Assembly: GCA_965205505.1 (NCBI GenBank)
Contig: CBDBHB010000008.1
Location: 256,001-320,000 of the forward strand
Length of the DNA stretch: 64,000 nt
Reading direction: 5' to 3'
Source: Acidobacteriota bacterium
GTDB taxonomy: Bacteria; Acidobacteriota; UBA890; WLXD01
Shown: one piece after another, positions 51,664-62,551 of the stretch
Layout of the letters: every line of letters begins with the position of its first letter
Position numbering within the stretch: position 1 is the stretch's first letter
The notes under the pieces: generated by a model
The model's input: only the letters and a program-made list of their open reading frames with translations
What the model was told of the DNA's origin: nothing
The model's database searches: none
Program-made: the position numbers and the translations under genes

Positions 51664-53004
51664 TTACTCAGGACGCTTTTCTCGAAGCCGCCTTCGGACG
51701 TCCTCGTAGTAGGGCTCGTTCTTCTGCGCGATGACGATCTGATGCCCATCCGGATCGGAGATGGTGAAGAAGTGCAGCCACGGCCGAATCTCGACCTCGT
51801 TGGGCTCGGGTACGAGGCCGTTCGCCGTCGCTCTCGCGAAGTGCCTCTCGACATCGTCCACCATGAAGTAGTGGCGCACACCGCCTCCGTAAACTGGCTC
51901 GGCGTCGTCCGATGTGGTCAGCGCGAGGCGTCGTCCCGCGCTCAGAAGCTCTGCATACTCGGGAGAATAGGGTCTGTCCCACGACAGCTCGTAGCTGTCT
52001 TCCTGGTAGTCGTAGTAGTACTGATGTTCGAAGCCGAGGCTCTCGTAGAAGGTCGTGCTCTTTCGAACGTCGGTTACGTAGAGGGCAGTGAGGGTCTCTC
52101 CGGTGAAATCGGCGGGGGGCGTTGCGGGCCCGCCGCAACTTGTCAGCAGGGCCGGCAACGCGACCACCTGAAGGAGCGAGAACCGGAGGGCCGATGAAGC
52201 CCCGCTGGCGCCTTGTTGACGAGTCGTGCTAGCCGCCAACGGCGAGTCCGAGGCGCGGGATACGAGCGCGATGGCCAGGCTGATCGGGATCGCTCCCAAG
52301 AGCAGGTTCCATGCCTGCGGCTGTCCGAATAGCAGCCCCCGCGAGCCGAGCTCAGCGATGACGCCGGCGGTCCACATGGTAGCCACGACCAACGGCAGGT
52401 GCGCGGCGCAACGCACGGCGCGATCGGCGCGGACTAGGCGCACAACAAAAACGACGGCCGCCAAGACGGAAAACAGATTGGCGATCAGCAGCACGAGTCC
52501 GCCGATGATCTGCAACGTCGCCTGCGGAACCATGCCTGCGATCGCCGCCACCAGCCAGGCAACGGCCGGCGGCGCATAGAGCGCGACCCGGACAACTCGT
52601 GCCACCGACCCGCCGCTCGGAAAGATCAGCGCAAGGTGCAAGAATGCGGCCTCGGCCAGTGCACTGAATCCCAGGTACACGAAGAGGAGGCTGAGCTCGA
52701 TCCCGGCGTGCGCGGCGCCGATGGTTCCACCCCAGTGGATTCCACCACCCACGCCGTACAGCAGTAGGACGACCGTGAATCGTCCGGGACGCAGCCTCCA
52801 CGCCGCCGCCCCGCACACCAGAAACAGCACTCCCAGCAAGGTGATCGGCAGACGAAGGCTGTCGGGTATGCTGACCAGCGAGGACGGCCACAGCAGTGCC
52901 GTCGCCCGCCAGAGCAAAACGGCGACCGTCGCCAAGACGACCCATCTCCGGCCTTCGTAGCCGGTTTCAACAGCAGAACGACTCATTCCATGGTCCTCAC
53001 TCAT
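51664..53004 (-). CDS. Multi-TM membrane protein fused to a VOC/glyoxalase-family domain
   Basis: Hydrophobic N-terminal region; C-terminal LYVTDVRKSTTFYESLGF, YFMVDDVE and FTISDPDGH. Confidence 0.72.
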   Translation of the reverse strand: MSEDHGMSRSAVETGYEGRRWVVLATVAVLLWRATALLWPSSLVSIPDSLRLPITLLGVLFLVCGAAAWRLRPGRFTVVLLLYGVGGGIHWGGTIGAAHAGIELSLLFVYLGFSALAEAAFLHLALIFPSGGSVARVVRVALYAPPAVAWLVAAIAGMVPQATLQIIGGLVLLIANLFSVLAAVVFVVRLVRADRAVRCAAHLPLVVATMWTAGVIAELGSRGLLFGQPQAWNLLLGAIPISLAIALVSRASDSPLAASTTRQQGASGASSALRFSLLQVVALPALLTSCGGPATPPADFTGETLTALYVTDVRKSTTFYESLGFEHQYYYDYQEDSYELSWDRPYSPEYAELLSAGRRLALTTSDDAEPVYGGGVRHYFMVDDVERHFARATANGLVPEPNEVEIRPWLHFFTISDPDGHQIVIAQKNEPYYEDVRRRLREKRPE

Positions 53005-53078
53005 CCGGCGAGTGTGGACGATCAGCGCTGAACAGGGGCTGAACGCGCTGCCGAGCGCACGCTGAGGGTGCCAGCGCT

Positions 53079-54065
53079 CTATGCGGTACCTGTTGCGGGC
53101 AATTCGAGGGTCACCTGCAGGCCGCGCTTCGCTGACCCGTCCAGCCTCAGCCCGCCGCCGTATAGCTCGACCAGGGCCTTGACGATCCGAAGCCCGACGC
53201 CACGACGCCGGCTGTGCGCCGACTCGGGTTGCCCGGTGGCCAATATCTGGTCTCGCACCGCTTCGCTGAGCCCCGGTCCGTCGTCCTCGACGACGATGAG
53301 CAACCTGTCCTCGGCGGCATGCGCCCGCACCTCGACGCTACCTCGACACCACTTGCAAGCGTTCTCGAGCACGTTGCCGAGCATCTCCTCGAGATCTTCC
53401 GGATTGCCATGAAAGTTCAGGTCCGGAGGCACCTCGCAACGAATCTCGAGCCGGCGGCCGACGTGCAGCTGGCGCATCGCACGCACCAGCCGATCGACGC
53501 TCGGAGCGACGGGACAGGACCCTGTGGGGGGCTGGGCGAGCCGGGCCGCGGCGGCACTGGCCCTGGACAAGTGCAGCGTCACTCGGTCGCTCATTGCCTC
53601 GACCTGTTCGCGCAGGCCCTCGGCTGCGGGGTGGTCGTCCTTTCGCAGCCGCTCGATCTCGTTGGTGAGAATTGTCAGCGGCGTCTTCAGGCCATGCGCC
53701 AAGCTGTCTGCTTCCAGGTGCGATCGCCGAAGGGCCTCTTGATTGCGCCGCAACAGGTCGTTGACCTCGTCCACCAGGGGATGCACCTCTGCCGGATACT
53801 CGCCTTCGAGCCGGGCAGCCGATCCGTCCCGCACCGGCGCCAGGCGCTGGCCCAGTCGAGTCAGTGGAAGGAGGCTCGCGGCGACCCGGAGGGCACCGCC
53901 CAGCATCAAGCCGAACGCCAGCAGGCAGATAACGCCGACCCAAAAGCCTTCGACTTCCAGAAAACCCACGGCGCCGAGCGCCAAGGCGCCGACGGCCCAC
54001 AGCAGGCCACCGGAAATGATCGCGGAACGGAGTGTGGTGGCGCGCGTCAGGCTCCTCACGTTCAC
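53079..54065 (-). CDS. Sensor histidine kinase with two closely spaced TM helices
   Basis: LAHGLKTPL (H-box), GNVLENACKW, EDDGPG and GVGL. Confidence 0.92.
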   Translation of the reverse strand: MNVRSLTRATTLRSAIISGGLLWAVGALALGAVGFLEVEGFWVGVICLLAFGLMLGGALRVAASLLPLTRLGQRLAPVRDGSAARLEGEYPAEVHPLVDEVNDLLRRNQEALRRSHLEADSLAHGLKTPLTILTNEIERLRKDDHPAAEGLREQVEAMSDRVTLHLSRASAAAARLAQPPTGSCPVAPSVDRLVRAMRQLHVGRRLEIRCEVPPDLNFHGNPEDLEEMLGNVLENACKWCRGSVEVRAHAAEDRLLIVVEDDGPGLSEAVRDQILATGQPESAHSRRRGVGLRIVKALVELYGGGLRLDGSAKRGLQVTLELPATGTA

Positions 54066-54769
54066 ACCGTGCGGCCTCGAGCGAGTCCAGCGCCCGGGTG
54101 GTCAGAACCCGTCTGCTCGGGCACTTGATAGCCCAGGCCACTCAGCGTGCGGATCAGATCGCGGCCCAGCTTCCGGCGCAGCCGGGCGATGAACACCTCG
54201 ATGGTGTTGGAGTCGCGCTCCCAATCCTGCGCGTAGACATGCTCGACGAGCTCCGACACCGACACCACCCGGCCCTGATTGTGCAGCAGGTAGCGCAGCA
54301 CCTTGAGCTCGTACGCGGTCAGATGAACGCGCTCGCCTTCGAGCCTGACCTTGAGCGACCCCGTATCGAGAGTCACAGCCCCGTGCCGGAGCACCGGCGA
54401 CGCACGTCCTGCAGAACGTCGCAGTAGCGCCCGTAACCTCGCGAGAAGCTCCTCCATGCGAAACGGCTTGGGGAGGTAGTCGTCCGCACCCGCGTCTATC
54501 CCCGCCACTCTCTCGTACCATCGGCCGCGCACGGTGAGCACGAGGACCGGTGTTGCCACTCCCTCCGCGCGCAGCTTCTCGAGCACCTGCAGGCCATCGA
54601 TTCCTGGAAGCCCCAAATCCAGGACGATCGCGTCGTGGGTCTGCATGCAGGCTAGCTCGAGTGCCTCCTCGCCGTTCGACGCGAGATCGACCGAATAGCC
54701 CCCCGACCGAATGTCCTCCGCCAGCTGCCTGGCGAGATCGGCCTCATCCTCAACAACGAGTACCCGCAT
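54062..54769 (-). CDS. OmpR/PhoP-family response regulator
   Basis: VLVVEDE, LDLGLP, GADDYLPKPF and NTIEVFIARLRRKLG. Confidence 0.96.
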   Translation of the reverse strand: MRVLVVEDEADLARQLAEDIRSGGYSVDLASNGEEALELACMQTHDAIVLDLGLPGIDGLQVLEKLRAEGVATPVLVLTVRGRWYERVAGIDAGADDYLPKPFRMEELLARLRALLRRSAGRASPVLRHGAVTLDTGSLKVRLEGERVHLTAYELKVLRYLLHNQGRVVSVSELVEHVYAQDWERDSNTIEVFIARLRRKLGRDLIRTLSGLGYQVPEQTGSDHPGAGLARGRTV

Positions 54770-54822
54770 ACGGTCGGCTCCCGGAGCCTATTCTACGAGC
54801 AGGCCGTCGGTTGTTCTTCCGG

Positions 54823-54870
54823 TTGCGCTACCTCACCTGGTGAGGTATGTTCGCCTCACTTGGTTAGGTA
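54823..54870 (+). promoter_or_regulatory. Sigma70-type promoter (TTGCGC-17 bp-TATGTT) overlapped by tandem palindromic operators
   Basis: Perfect inverted repeat TACCTCACC-T-GGTGAGGTA at 54829-54847; a second 15/19 copy at 54852-54870; upstream of padR. Confidence 0.7.
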
Positions 54871-54897
54871 AGAAAGAACCCCGCCGGAGTAGCTCCC

Positions 54898-55215
54898 TTG
54901 AGCCTGTTGCAAGGAACGCTCGACATCTTGATTCTGACCGCTGTGCGCAGCACCCCGTTGCATGGCTACGCAATCGCCCAAGAGATCGGCTCACGAACGG
55001 CCGGTGAGATCGAGGTAGAAGACGCGGCGCTCTACAAGGCACTGCATCGTTTGGAGGCTCGTGCGCTCATCGATGCCGAATGGGGCATGTCGGAGTCACG
55101 TCGCCGCGCCAAGTTTTACCGAATAACGCCGCAAGGCGCCGAAGTTCTGGAGTCCGAAACCGACGCTTGGCAGCGCTACGTTGACGCCGTCGCCAAGGTC
55201 ATCGATCCCCAGTAG
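54898..55215 (+). CDS. PadR-family transcriptional regulator (acidobacterial type)
   Basis: LLQGTLDILIL, LHGYAI, LYKALHRLE and W..SE..RRAKFY. Confidence 0.93.
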   Translation: MSLLQGTLDILILTAVRSTPLHGYAIAQEIGSRTAGEIEVEDAALYKALHRLEARALIDAEWGMSESRRRAKFYRITPQGAEVLESETDAWQRYVDAVAKVIDPQ

Positions 55216-55219
55216 CACC

Positions 55220-57899
55220 ATGAATGACCCGCGGCCTCGCGACGCGGTCGACGAGGAGCTCGAGTTCCACCTCGCCCGCCGTGCCGAAGAGCACGAGCGC
55301 CACGGCCTGTCCCCTAAGGAAGCGCGCCGCCGTGCGCTGCGCGCCTTCGGCGACCTCGAGGGTACCCGCCGTTACTGCCGCCGCCACTCGCGCCGCTCGT
55401 GGCGCCGACGCAGGACACGTCAAATGTTCGAACACTCGGTTCAGGACGTGAAGTTCGCGCTTTGCCAGATGCAGCGGAGCCCGACCACCGTGGCGGTCAT
55501 CGTCGCAACCCTGGCACTTGGGATCGGGGCGAACACGGCGATCTTCAGCCTCGTGCAAGCAACATTGCTGCAGGCCACTCCGGTCGAGGATCCGGGCACC
55601 CTCGTGGCCCTGTGGACCACCTGCCGGCGGGGCGATCCACGCTGCTCCTCCTCATACCCCGACATCGTCGACTACCGAGAGCGATCGTCGACTCTCACAG
55701 ATCTCGGCGCGTACACGATGGAACGCGCGAGCCTGGGCGACGACGCTGGGAGCCGCGTGGTTACAGTGCAGCTGTCGACCGGGAACCTCTTTCCGTTGCT
55801 CGGCGTCGTACCCAGGCTGGGGCGACTGCTATCACCGAGCGACGATGTGCCTGGTGGAGCGGCCGTTGCGGTACTGTCATACGACCTGTGGCGTGATCAC
55901 TTTGCCGCCAACAACACCGTCGTCGGCCGTACCGTCCGCCTGAACGGCAACCCGTTCGAAGTTATCGGCGTGGGGCCCCAGAGCTTCCGCGGTATCACCG
56001 TCGGCGACGGCCCCGACATCTATATTCCGTTGCTGGTGGGCCCGAGCATGGCCTCCGGCTTCGTGGTGGACGACTCGCGCTTCAGCCGGCGTAATTCTCG
56101 TTGGATCGGTCAGCTGGTGGGACGCATGGCTCCCGACTCGACCCTCGAGCAGGTGCGCAGCGAGATGTCAGCCATCTCGGATCAGCTCGCCGCCGAAGAC
56201 CCGGACGCGCGGGGACCGCGCCGAATAACCGTAGATCACGCCCATCGGCTGATCTTGCCGATCGCCAGCGAGGCTAGCTTCTCGCGTTTTCTGCTGCTGT
56301 TGTTGGTTGTCGTCGGCCTGACCCTGCTCCTCGCCTGTGCCAATCTCGCCAACCTACAACTCGCTCGCGCTGCGAACCGGCGACAGGAATTGGCCATCCG
56401 CGCCGCCATCGGTGCGGGACGCGGTCGGTTGATCCGTCAGACGCTCACCGAAAGCCTGGTGCTGTCCATGCTCGGCGGCATCGCCGGCTTGGCGCTCGGA
56501 CCGTTCCTGCTGGTTGCCCTTGCCGGCTACCAACTTCCGGGACGAATCGATATCGCTGGTCTTCAGGCCGGCCTCAACGTGCCCGTGCTCCTGTTCACGT
56601 TCGCCCTCGCTGTGACGACGGGCATGCTTTTCGGCATCGGACCGGCAGTGAGCAGCGGCAGAAGCAACAGCATGCAGGCGCTGGCCGCCGGTGTGCGCAC
56701 GACCACGCTGCGTTCTGCGTGGGTTCGAGGCGGGTTAGTCGCAGTACAGGTCGGCGTATCGCTGGTTCTGCTGGTGGGTGCCACCCTCTTCTTGCGGGCG
56801 TTGCAAGCCGGGCTCAATGTTGATCTCGGCTTCCTTGGCGACAATGATCTGGTGCTCACGACCATCGATCTGTCGCTGTTGCAGTATGGGGCCGGGGATG
56901 CTGAGGCGCTGCTGCAGGAAGATCGAGCAGAGGATGATCACCACCCCCGGAGTCGTCTCCTTTGCGGCCGCCGCACGGGTACCGTTGATGACCGGAGGCA
57001 CGGCTACCATGCTCGACTCGGTCGTCGACTACCAACCCGCAGCAGACGAAGAGCTGCGGCTCGAGTACAACGTCGTCACGCCAGATTTCTTCACCGCTCT
57101 CGGACTGCCGCTGGTAGCCGGGCGTGTGTTCGAACAGGGCGACCTGGTGGAGGGCGCTCCCGTTGCGCTGGTGATCAATCAGGACATGGCCGACAGATGG
57201 TGGCCGGGACGTTCTGCTGTCGGCGGCACGATGCGGTTCTTCGGCGGCGAGCAGAGCGCAAGAGTCGTGGGGATCGCGACCAACACCAAGTGGGACGACG
57301 GCATGCTCACCGACGACTATCCGTTCGCCTACATGCCGATGACCGGAAGCCGAGCGGCGGATCGGCCGATTACCCTGCTAGTGCGCACCCAGCGCGCAGA
57401 GACCACCATGGCAACGCTCCGACAACAGCTACTGGAGCTCGACAGCGACATGCCCATCCTGCAGGCATCGACCTTCGATTCTCTCCGGCAGACAGTGCTG
57501 ATGCCGCAACGTATGGGAGCAGCACTGCTGGGCGTCTTTGCGCTGTTGGCGCTGCTGCTGTCGGCGGTCGGGATCTACGGGGTGGTCGGACACAGCGTCA
57601 GCCAACGTACCCGCGAGATCGGTATCCGCATGGCGTTGGGTGCGGATCGACATCGCATCGTCGGGATGGTGGCGCGTGGCGTGTTCGTTCCAGTGGTCGC
57701 CGGAGTCGCTGCCGGACTTGGCGGCGCCCTGCTGCTTTCCGGCGCGGTGCGCTCGTTCCTCTACGGGGTAAGCCCCGCCGATCCGATGTCGTTTGTCCTC
57801 GTCGTCGCCGTACTTGCCTCCATCACCGCACTGGCGGCTTGGCTGCCGGCGCGCCGAGCGGCACGAGTCGACCCCGTCCGGGCACTGAATCTGGATTGA
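55220..57899 (+). pseudogene. ADOP-type duplicated ABC permease (MacB/FtsX domains) with one frameshift near 56918
   Basis: DEELEFHL, LALGIGANTAIFS, LACANLANL and ELAIRAAIGAGR in the first frame; GIYGVV..SVSQRTREIGIRMALGA and PARRAARVDP in the second. Possibly an assembly indel. Confidence 0.85.
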
Positions 57900-58108
57900 T
57901 CGCTGGATCTTCGAGATCAGCGCTGCTCGCCCGTCCCAATCTCTGCCGAAGACCCATATCGGCCCAGCCTTCCGTGTGGCGGCGGGACCGGCCGCCTCGG
58001 GCGTCGGCCCTCATCGACGATGCTCATTGACACGAGGCCCGGCACTACGTGTACGGTGACGATCTGGAGGCGACGCCTTGAGGCGCTTCCCGCAAACGGA
58101 GGAAGCCC

Positions 58109-59419
58109 ATGGGTCAGGACAGCTTGACGATCACCGACAACCGCACCGGAAAAATCTTCGAGATACCCATCCACTATGGGACCTATGCTACCTACGGAGC
58201 GACCATCAACGCCTCCGATCTGCGCCAGATCAAGGCCTCCGAAGATGACTTCGGGCTCCTCACATACGATCCGGGTTTCGGCAACACCGCTTCTTGTCGT
58301 AGCACGATCACCTTCATCGACGGTGAGCAGGGGATCCTGCGTTACCGGGGCTATCCCATCGATGAGCTAGCGAGCGAGAGCACGTACCTCGAGACCGCCT
58401 ACCTGCTACTGAATGGCGAGCTGCCTACCAACAAAGAGCTCGACGAGTGGATCTGGGACATTACCCACCACACGATGCTGCACGAGAACATCAAGAAATT
58501 CATCGATGGCTTCCGCTACGACGCCCACCCGATGGGAATGCTGGTTAGCACGGTCGGCGCCCTCTCTACGTTCTACCCGGGAGCCAAGGACGTCTTTGAC
58601 GAAGCGGCTCGCCAGAAACAGATCTCGAGACTCATCGCCAAAATACCGACCCTGGCGGCCTTTGCCTACCGACACAGCCGCGGCCTTCCGTACGCCTACC
58701 CCGACAACGACCTCTCCTACGTCGGCAACTTCCTCGGCATGATGTTCAACGTCGCCGACGCCAAGTTCGAACCGGATCCGATCCTGGAGAAGGCAGTGGA
58801 AGTGCTCTTCATCCTGCACGCTGATCACGAGCAGAACTGCAGCACCAGCGCCATGCGCGGTGTGGGAAGTTCTCAATCCGACCCCTTCTCTGCCACGGCA
58901 GCGGCAGCGGCGGCGCTTTACGGACCTCTTCACGGCGGCGCCAACGAATCGGTTCTACGCATGCTGAGTCAGATCGGTGCGCGGGAGAACGTTGCCGCTT
59001 TCGTCGAGAAGGTGAAAACGGGTGACGCTGGGCGCCTGATGGGGTTCGGTCACCGCGTCTACAAGAACTACGACCCGCGAGCCGCGGTGATCAAGACGCT
59101 AGCTCACCAGGTCTTCGCGGTCACCGGCGTGAACCCTCTGCTGGAGATCGCGTTAGAACTGGAGCGGATCGCTCTGGAGGACGACTATTTCATCTCCCGT
59201 AAGCTCTATCCCAATGTCGATTTCTACTCCGGCATCATTTACCAGGCGATGGGGTTTCCGACGGCGATGTTTCCGGTGCTGTTCGCCATCCCACGCACCG
59301 CCGGTTGGCTGGCCCAATGGCAGGAGATGCTGCTGGATTCCGACCAGAGGATCGCGCGTCCACGGCAAGTCTACGCAGGGCTCGATCAGCGAGCCTTCGT
59401 TCCTGTCGATCAACGATGA
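58109..59419 (+). CDS. gltA: Citrate synthase
   Basis: YDPGFGNTASC, LHADHEQNCST, GPLHGGAN, GFGHRVYK and YPNVDFYSG. Confidence 0.98.
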   Translation: MGQDSLTITDNRTGKIFEIPIHYGTYATYGATINASDLRQIKASEDDFGLLTYDPGFGNTASCRSTITFIDGEQGILRYRGYPIDELASESTYLETAYLLLNGELPTNKELDEWIWDITHHTMLHENIKKFIDGFRYDAHPMGMLVSTVGALSTFYPGAKDVFDEAARQKQISRLIAKIPTLAAFAYRHSRGLPYAYPDNDLSYVGNFLGMMFNVADAKFEPDPILEKAVEVLFILHADHEQNCSTSAMRGVGSSQSDPFSATAAAAAALYGPLHGGANESVLRMLSQIGARENVAAFVEKVKTGDAGRLMGFGHRVYKNYDPRAAVIKTLAHQVFAVTGVNPLLEIALELERIALEDDYFISRKLYPNVDFYSGIIYQAMGFPTAMFPVLFAIPRTAGWLAQWQEMLLDSDQRIARPRQVYAGLDQRAFVPVDQR

Positions 59420-59768
59420 GTCGGCTTCGATTCAAACGTCTGACCGCAGCGGTGCGCTCGCAGCGGTAGAGCCCAGCTGAGCCACTCATCCACGCTCGAA
59501 GTCGGCTCGAGATGAGGCTTGCTGAGCGTTGATTCTGAACAGGATGCTCCGGCTCCGATAGGCATGGTTCGATGTCGATCCCTGCGCTGCTGAGGGCGTA
59601 CCTGGCCGCCGTAGTCCGCTCCAGACCGGCCCGTCTCCGCCCCGCAGTTCTGGATATGGACCCCTCTTGCCAGACGCCCGGACTCTCAGTAGCATCCGGG
59701 TCCGCCGGGAGTTCCCCCGCCCGATCCGGTCCCCTCTGCGAACCCTATCTCTGCGCTAGCCAACACCG

Positions 59769-62212
59769 ATGAGTCGCACCCGCCAAAGCACGAACGCGCC
59801 TTCGTTCGGTGTGGTGCAGACCACGCGCCGCTTGCGGTGTCGGCGACTGCGGCTAGCGTGCTTGGTGATACTCGGCCTATTGGCGCCGGGGGTCGGTGCC
59901 GGGCTGGCCTCGGGGCAAGAGCTCCGAGAACGGTTGATCGCAGGGCGCCCCGTGATGACGACGGGCCGCGCGGCGGCGCTGGTTTGGCGATCTACCGATG
60001 GCCCGGTGGGCGCCGGCGTGTATGCGGCCGTGCCACCAGAGATGCCCGCGCAACGCCTTGGTCCGGCGGCGTCCGGTGACGACGGCCAACCGGCGGGCGC
60101 CGCTCGAGCCGATGGGTCGACCTGGGTCATCGCGTCGCGCTCTGGCCCCTCGCGAAGCCGGCTCTGGGCGCAACAGTTTGACGGAGCGCGCTGGCTAGCG
60201 ACCGAGCGTGGTCCTTCGGCTGGACAATACAATCGCCACCCAGCGCTGGCCTCCGGCGGCGAGGCTATGTGGGCAGTGTGGATTGCGTCCGAGGATGTCG
60301 GCAGCAGCGGGCGCGCGGGGCTCTACGCCTCGCGCCGAGCGGGTGACGGCTGGACCGCGCCCGAGCGTTTGCCGCAACCGAGCGGGGAGCCCATGGCGCC
60401 GGCGATTGCCGTCGACGATGGCGGGTTGCCAGCTGTCGCCTGGGCCGCCGATGACGGTGGACACGCCGAGATCTGGGTCAGCTGGCGCGGACCAGCAGGG
60501 TGGAGTAATCCGCGTGCGCTGACCGACGACGAAACGCCCGATGTCTCGCCGAGCATCGCCGTGAGTGGCGATCGCTGGGTCATCGCGTGGAGCTCTTTCA
60601 GGCAGCACAGCTACTGGACGGAAGCTGCCGTCGGGCATCCCCGGCGAGGATGGGAAACGCCCCGTAGAATCTCACGCCGCGCTGGCAGCTCTCCGGTGGC
60701 GCTGGCCAGCGAGGGGCAGTTGAGTTTGGTTTGGGTGGAGCCCGAGAACTCTCCAGCATCGACGCGAAGCATCCTGCGGTGGAGTCGCCTTGTCGAGGAT
60801 TCGTGGCAACGGCCCCGCGATCTAGTGCTGTCTGCCAACGCCAATATTGCCGCCGCAGCCAGTGCCGACGGCCGACTCCGTTTGGGATGGACGAACCTGC
60901 GCGGTGGCGTGACTGTGGCCGAGAGTGCCGGCGCCCTGTTCCGAGATCGCGCGCCTGAGCTTCAGGTAGTCCTTGGGCTGACCGACGATGCGGCGCCAGT
61001 GAGCTCGTTCCCACCACCGCTCGTGCCCAAGATCTCCTCGGCAAACCGCTGGCTGGCTTTCGGCGACAGCATCACCGAGGGCTACACGTTCATCGGTGGC
61101 ATACCCGTAATCGATCCGGGCTACCCAGCAAACCTTCAGTGGCGGCTCGGTGCAGCGCTCCCGGGGGGGCTCAAGTCTTCAACCGCGGGGTCGGCGGCGA
61201 GATGACGCCAGCCGGCCTGAACCGCTTCGCTGGAACGCTCTCTGGCACCGCTGCCAATGGCGCGGTAATCATGGAAGGAACGAACGACGTCAGCCAGGGG
61301 CTCGCCGCTTCGCTGACGGCGTTCAATCTCCAGCAAATGGCGACCCTCGCCGTGGGGTTCGGAGCAACGACCCTGATCGCGAACGTCCTGCCGCGCGACG
61401 AACAAGGCTTCGGCGGCAGCGACAACGCCGCCACAAACGTTCTCAATGCCCGGATCCCCGCGGCGGCGGCCGCCGCAGGTGCGAGCTTGGTAGATGCGCA
61501 CGGCCCGTTCGTGGGGCGCGGTGATCTGTTCGCCGATCACACACACCCGACACCCGGCGGCTACGATTTTCTCGGCGGCCTGGTGTTCAACGCAATCAAT
61601 GCGCTGCCGGCGGAGGGCGCTGATAGCGCAACGACGGCCCCGGGTTCCCCCGGACAGCTGCAAGTGGTGGTCAACAACTCGACCGTAACCATGAGCTGGA
61701 ACGCGCCCGCCTCCGGAGGTACGCCGACCTCCTATCGGATCCAGGCGGGCTCCGTTCCCTTCGGCAACGATCTCGCAGACTTCAATACCGGTAATTCCAG
61801 CACGTCGTTCACGGCCACGAATGTTGGCAACGCGACCTTCAACATCACCGTGAGGGCGGTCAACGTGGTCGGCACGAGCGCGCAGTCCGATAACGTAGTA
61901 GTCACCGTTGGCGGTGGCACGAACGTATGCACGGCGACGGCCGGTGTACTGGGCGGCCTTACCGCATCATCCAACGGCTCCAGAGTAACCCTTAGGTGGA
62001 CGCCAGGGCCCGGTCAGAACGCCACTTCGTACAGGATCGAAGCGGGATCGGCGGCGGGGCAGTCCAACCTGGCCATCATCAACACCGGCAACTCGGCCAC
62101 CACATTCGTGGCCGACGGGGTCGCATCCGGCACGTATTTTGTGCGGGTGCGCGCCATCAACGCATGCGGGATCAGCGCTGCATCGGGGGAGGCGATCCTC
62201 ATCGTCTCCTGA
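59769..62212 (+). pseudogene. Secreted protein with beta-rich repeats, an SGNH/GDSL hydrolase domain and two Fn3-like domains, split at a G7 run (61163-61169)
   Basis: FGDSITEG (block I) in the first ORF; NRGVGG, EGTND and DHTHP in the second; two ...W..P....TSYRI.AGS...VRA.N repeats. Confidence 0.8.
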
Positions 62213-62551
62213 CGCTATTCCGCTGCGAACGCCCCAATCGCGGGCGTGCTCGGCGAACTCGAGCAGCGGTGGGATCGTCCCCAGAACAGCGAACCCGGCG
62301 GCCAGGGCCACGACAGTGGGGCGGAGCTCGCTGACGCCCTCGCCCTGGAGGGCGGGAAGTCCGACGATGCCGACGGCCAGCGGCGTACCGCTGGATTCCT
62401 CTCCGGGCTGATAGACGGCGTAGCGGAGACCGGTCTGCATTCCGAAGCGGGCGTCCAGCCAACCCCACGTAGCTGTGAGCGCCAGAGCGATGAGGAATGC
62501 GCCGAGCGTCCAACGGCGGCCCCGGGTCGACCAGAAGAACATCGGGTTCAT
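62213..62551 (-). pseudogene. Probable truncated membrane-protein remnant
   Basis: The ATG overlaps the EEP stop (ATGA); a TM segment follows; the frame has no stop until 61967, deep inside the convergent gene. Confidence 0.4.

Noticed and set aside
56920-58030. Arg-rich C-terminal third of the 949-aa ORF as a novel domain
   Set aside because: It is off-frame read-through after the ADOP frameshift.
58027-58057. TTGACA...TACGGT promoter for gltA
   Set aside because: The -35 is perfect but the spacer is 19 bp and the -10 is weak; not enough to call.
59420-59768. Possible small gene or ncRNA between gltA and the SGNH gene
   Set aside because: No recognisable protein motif, RBS-supported ORF or RNA family signature.
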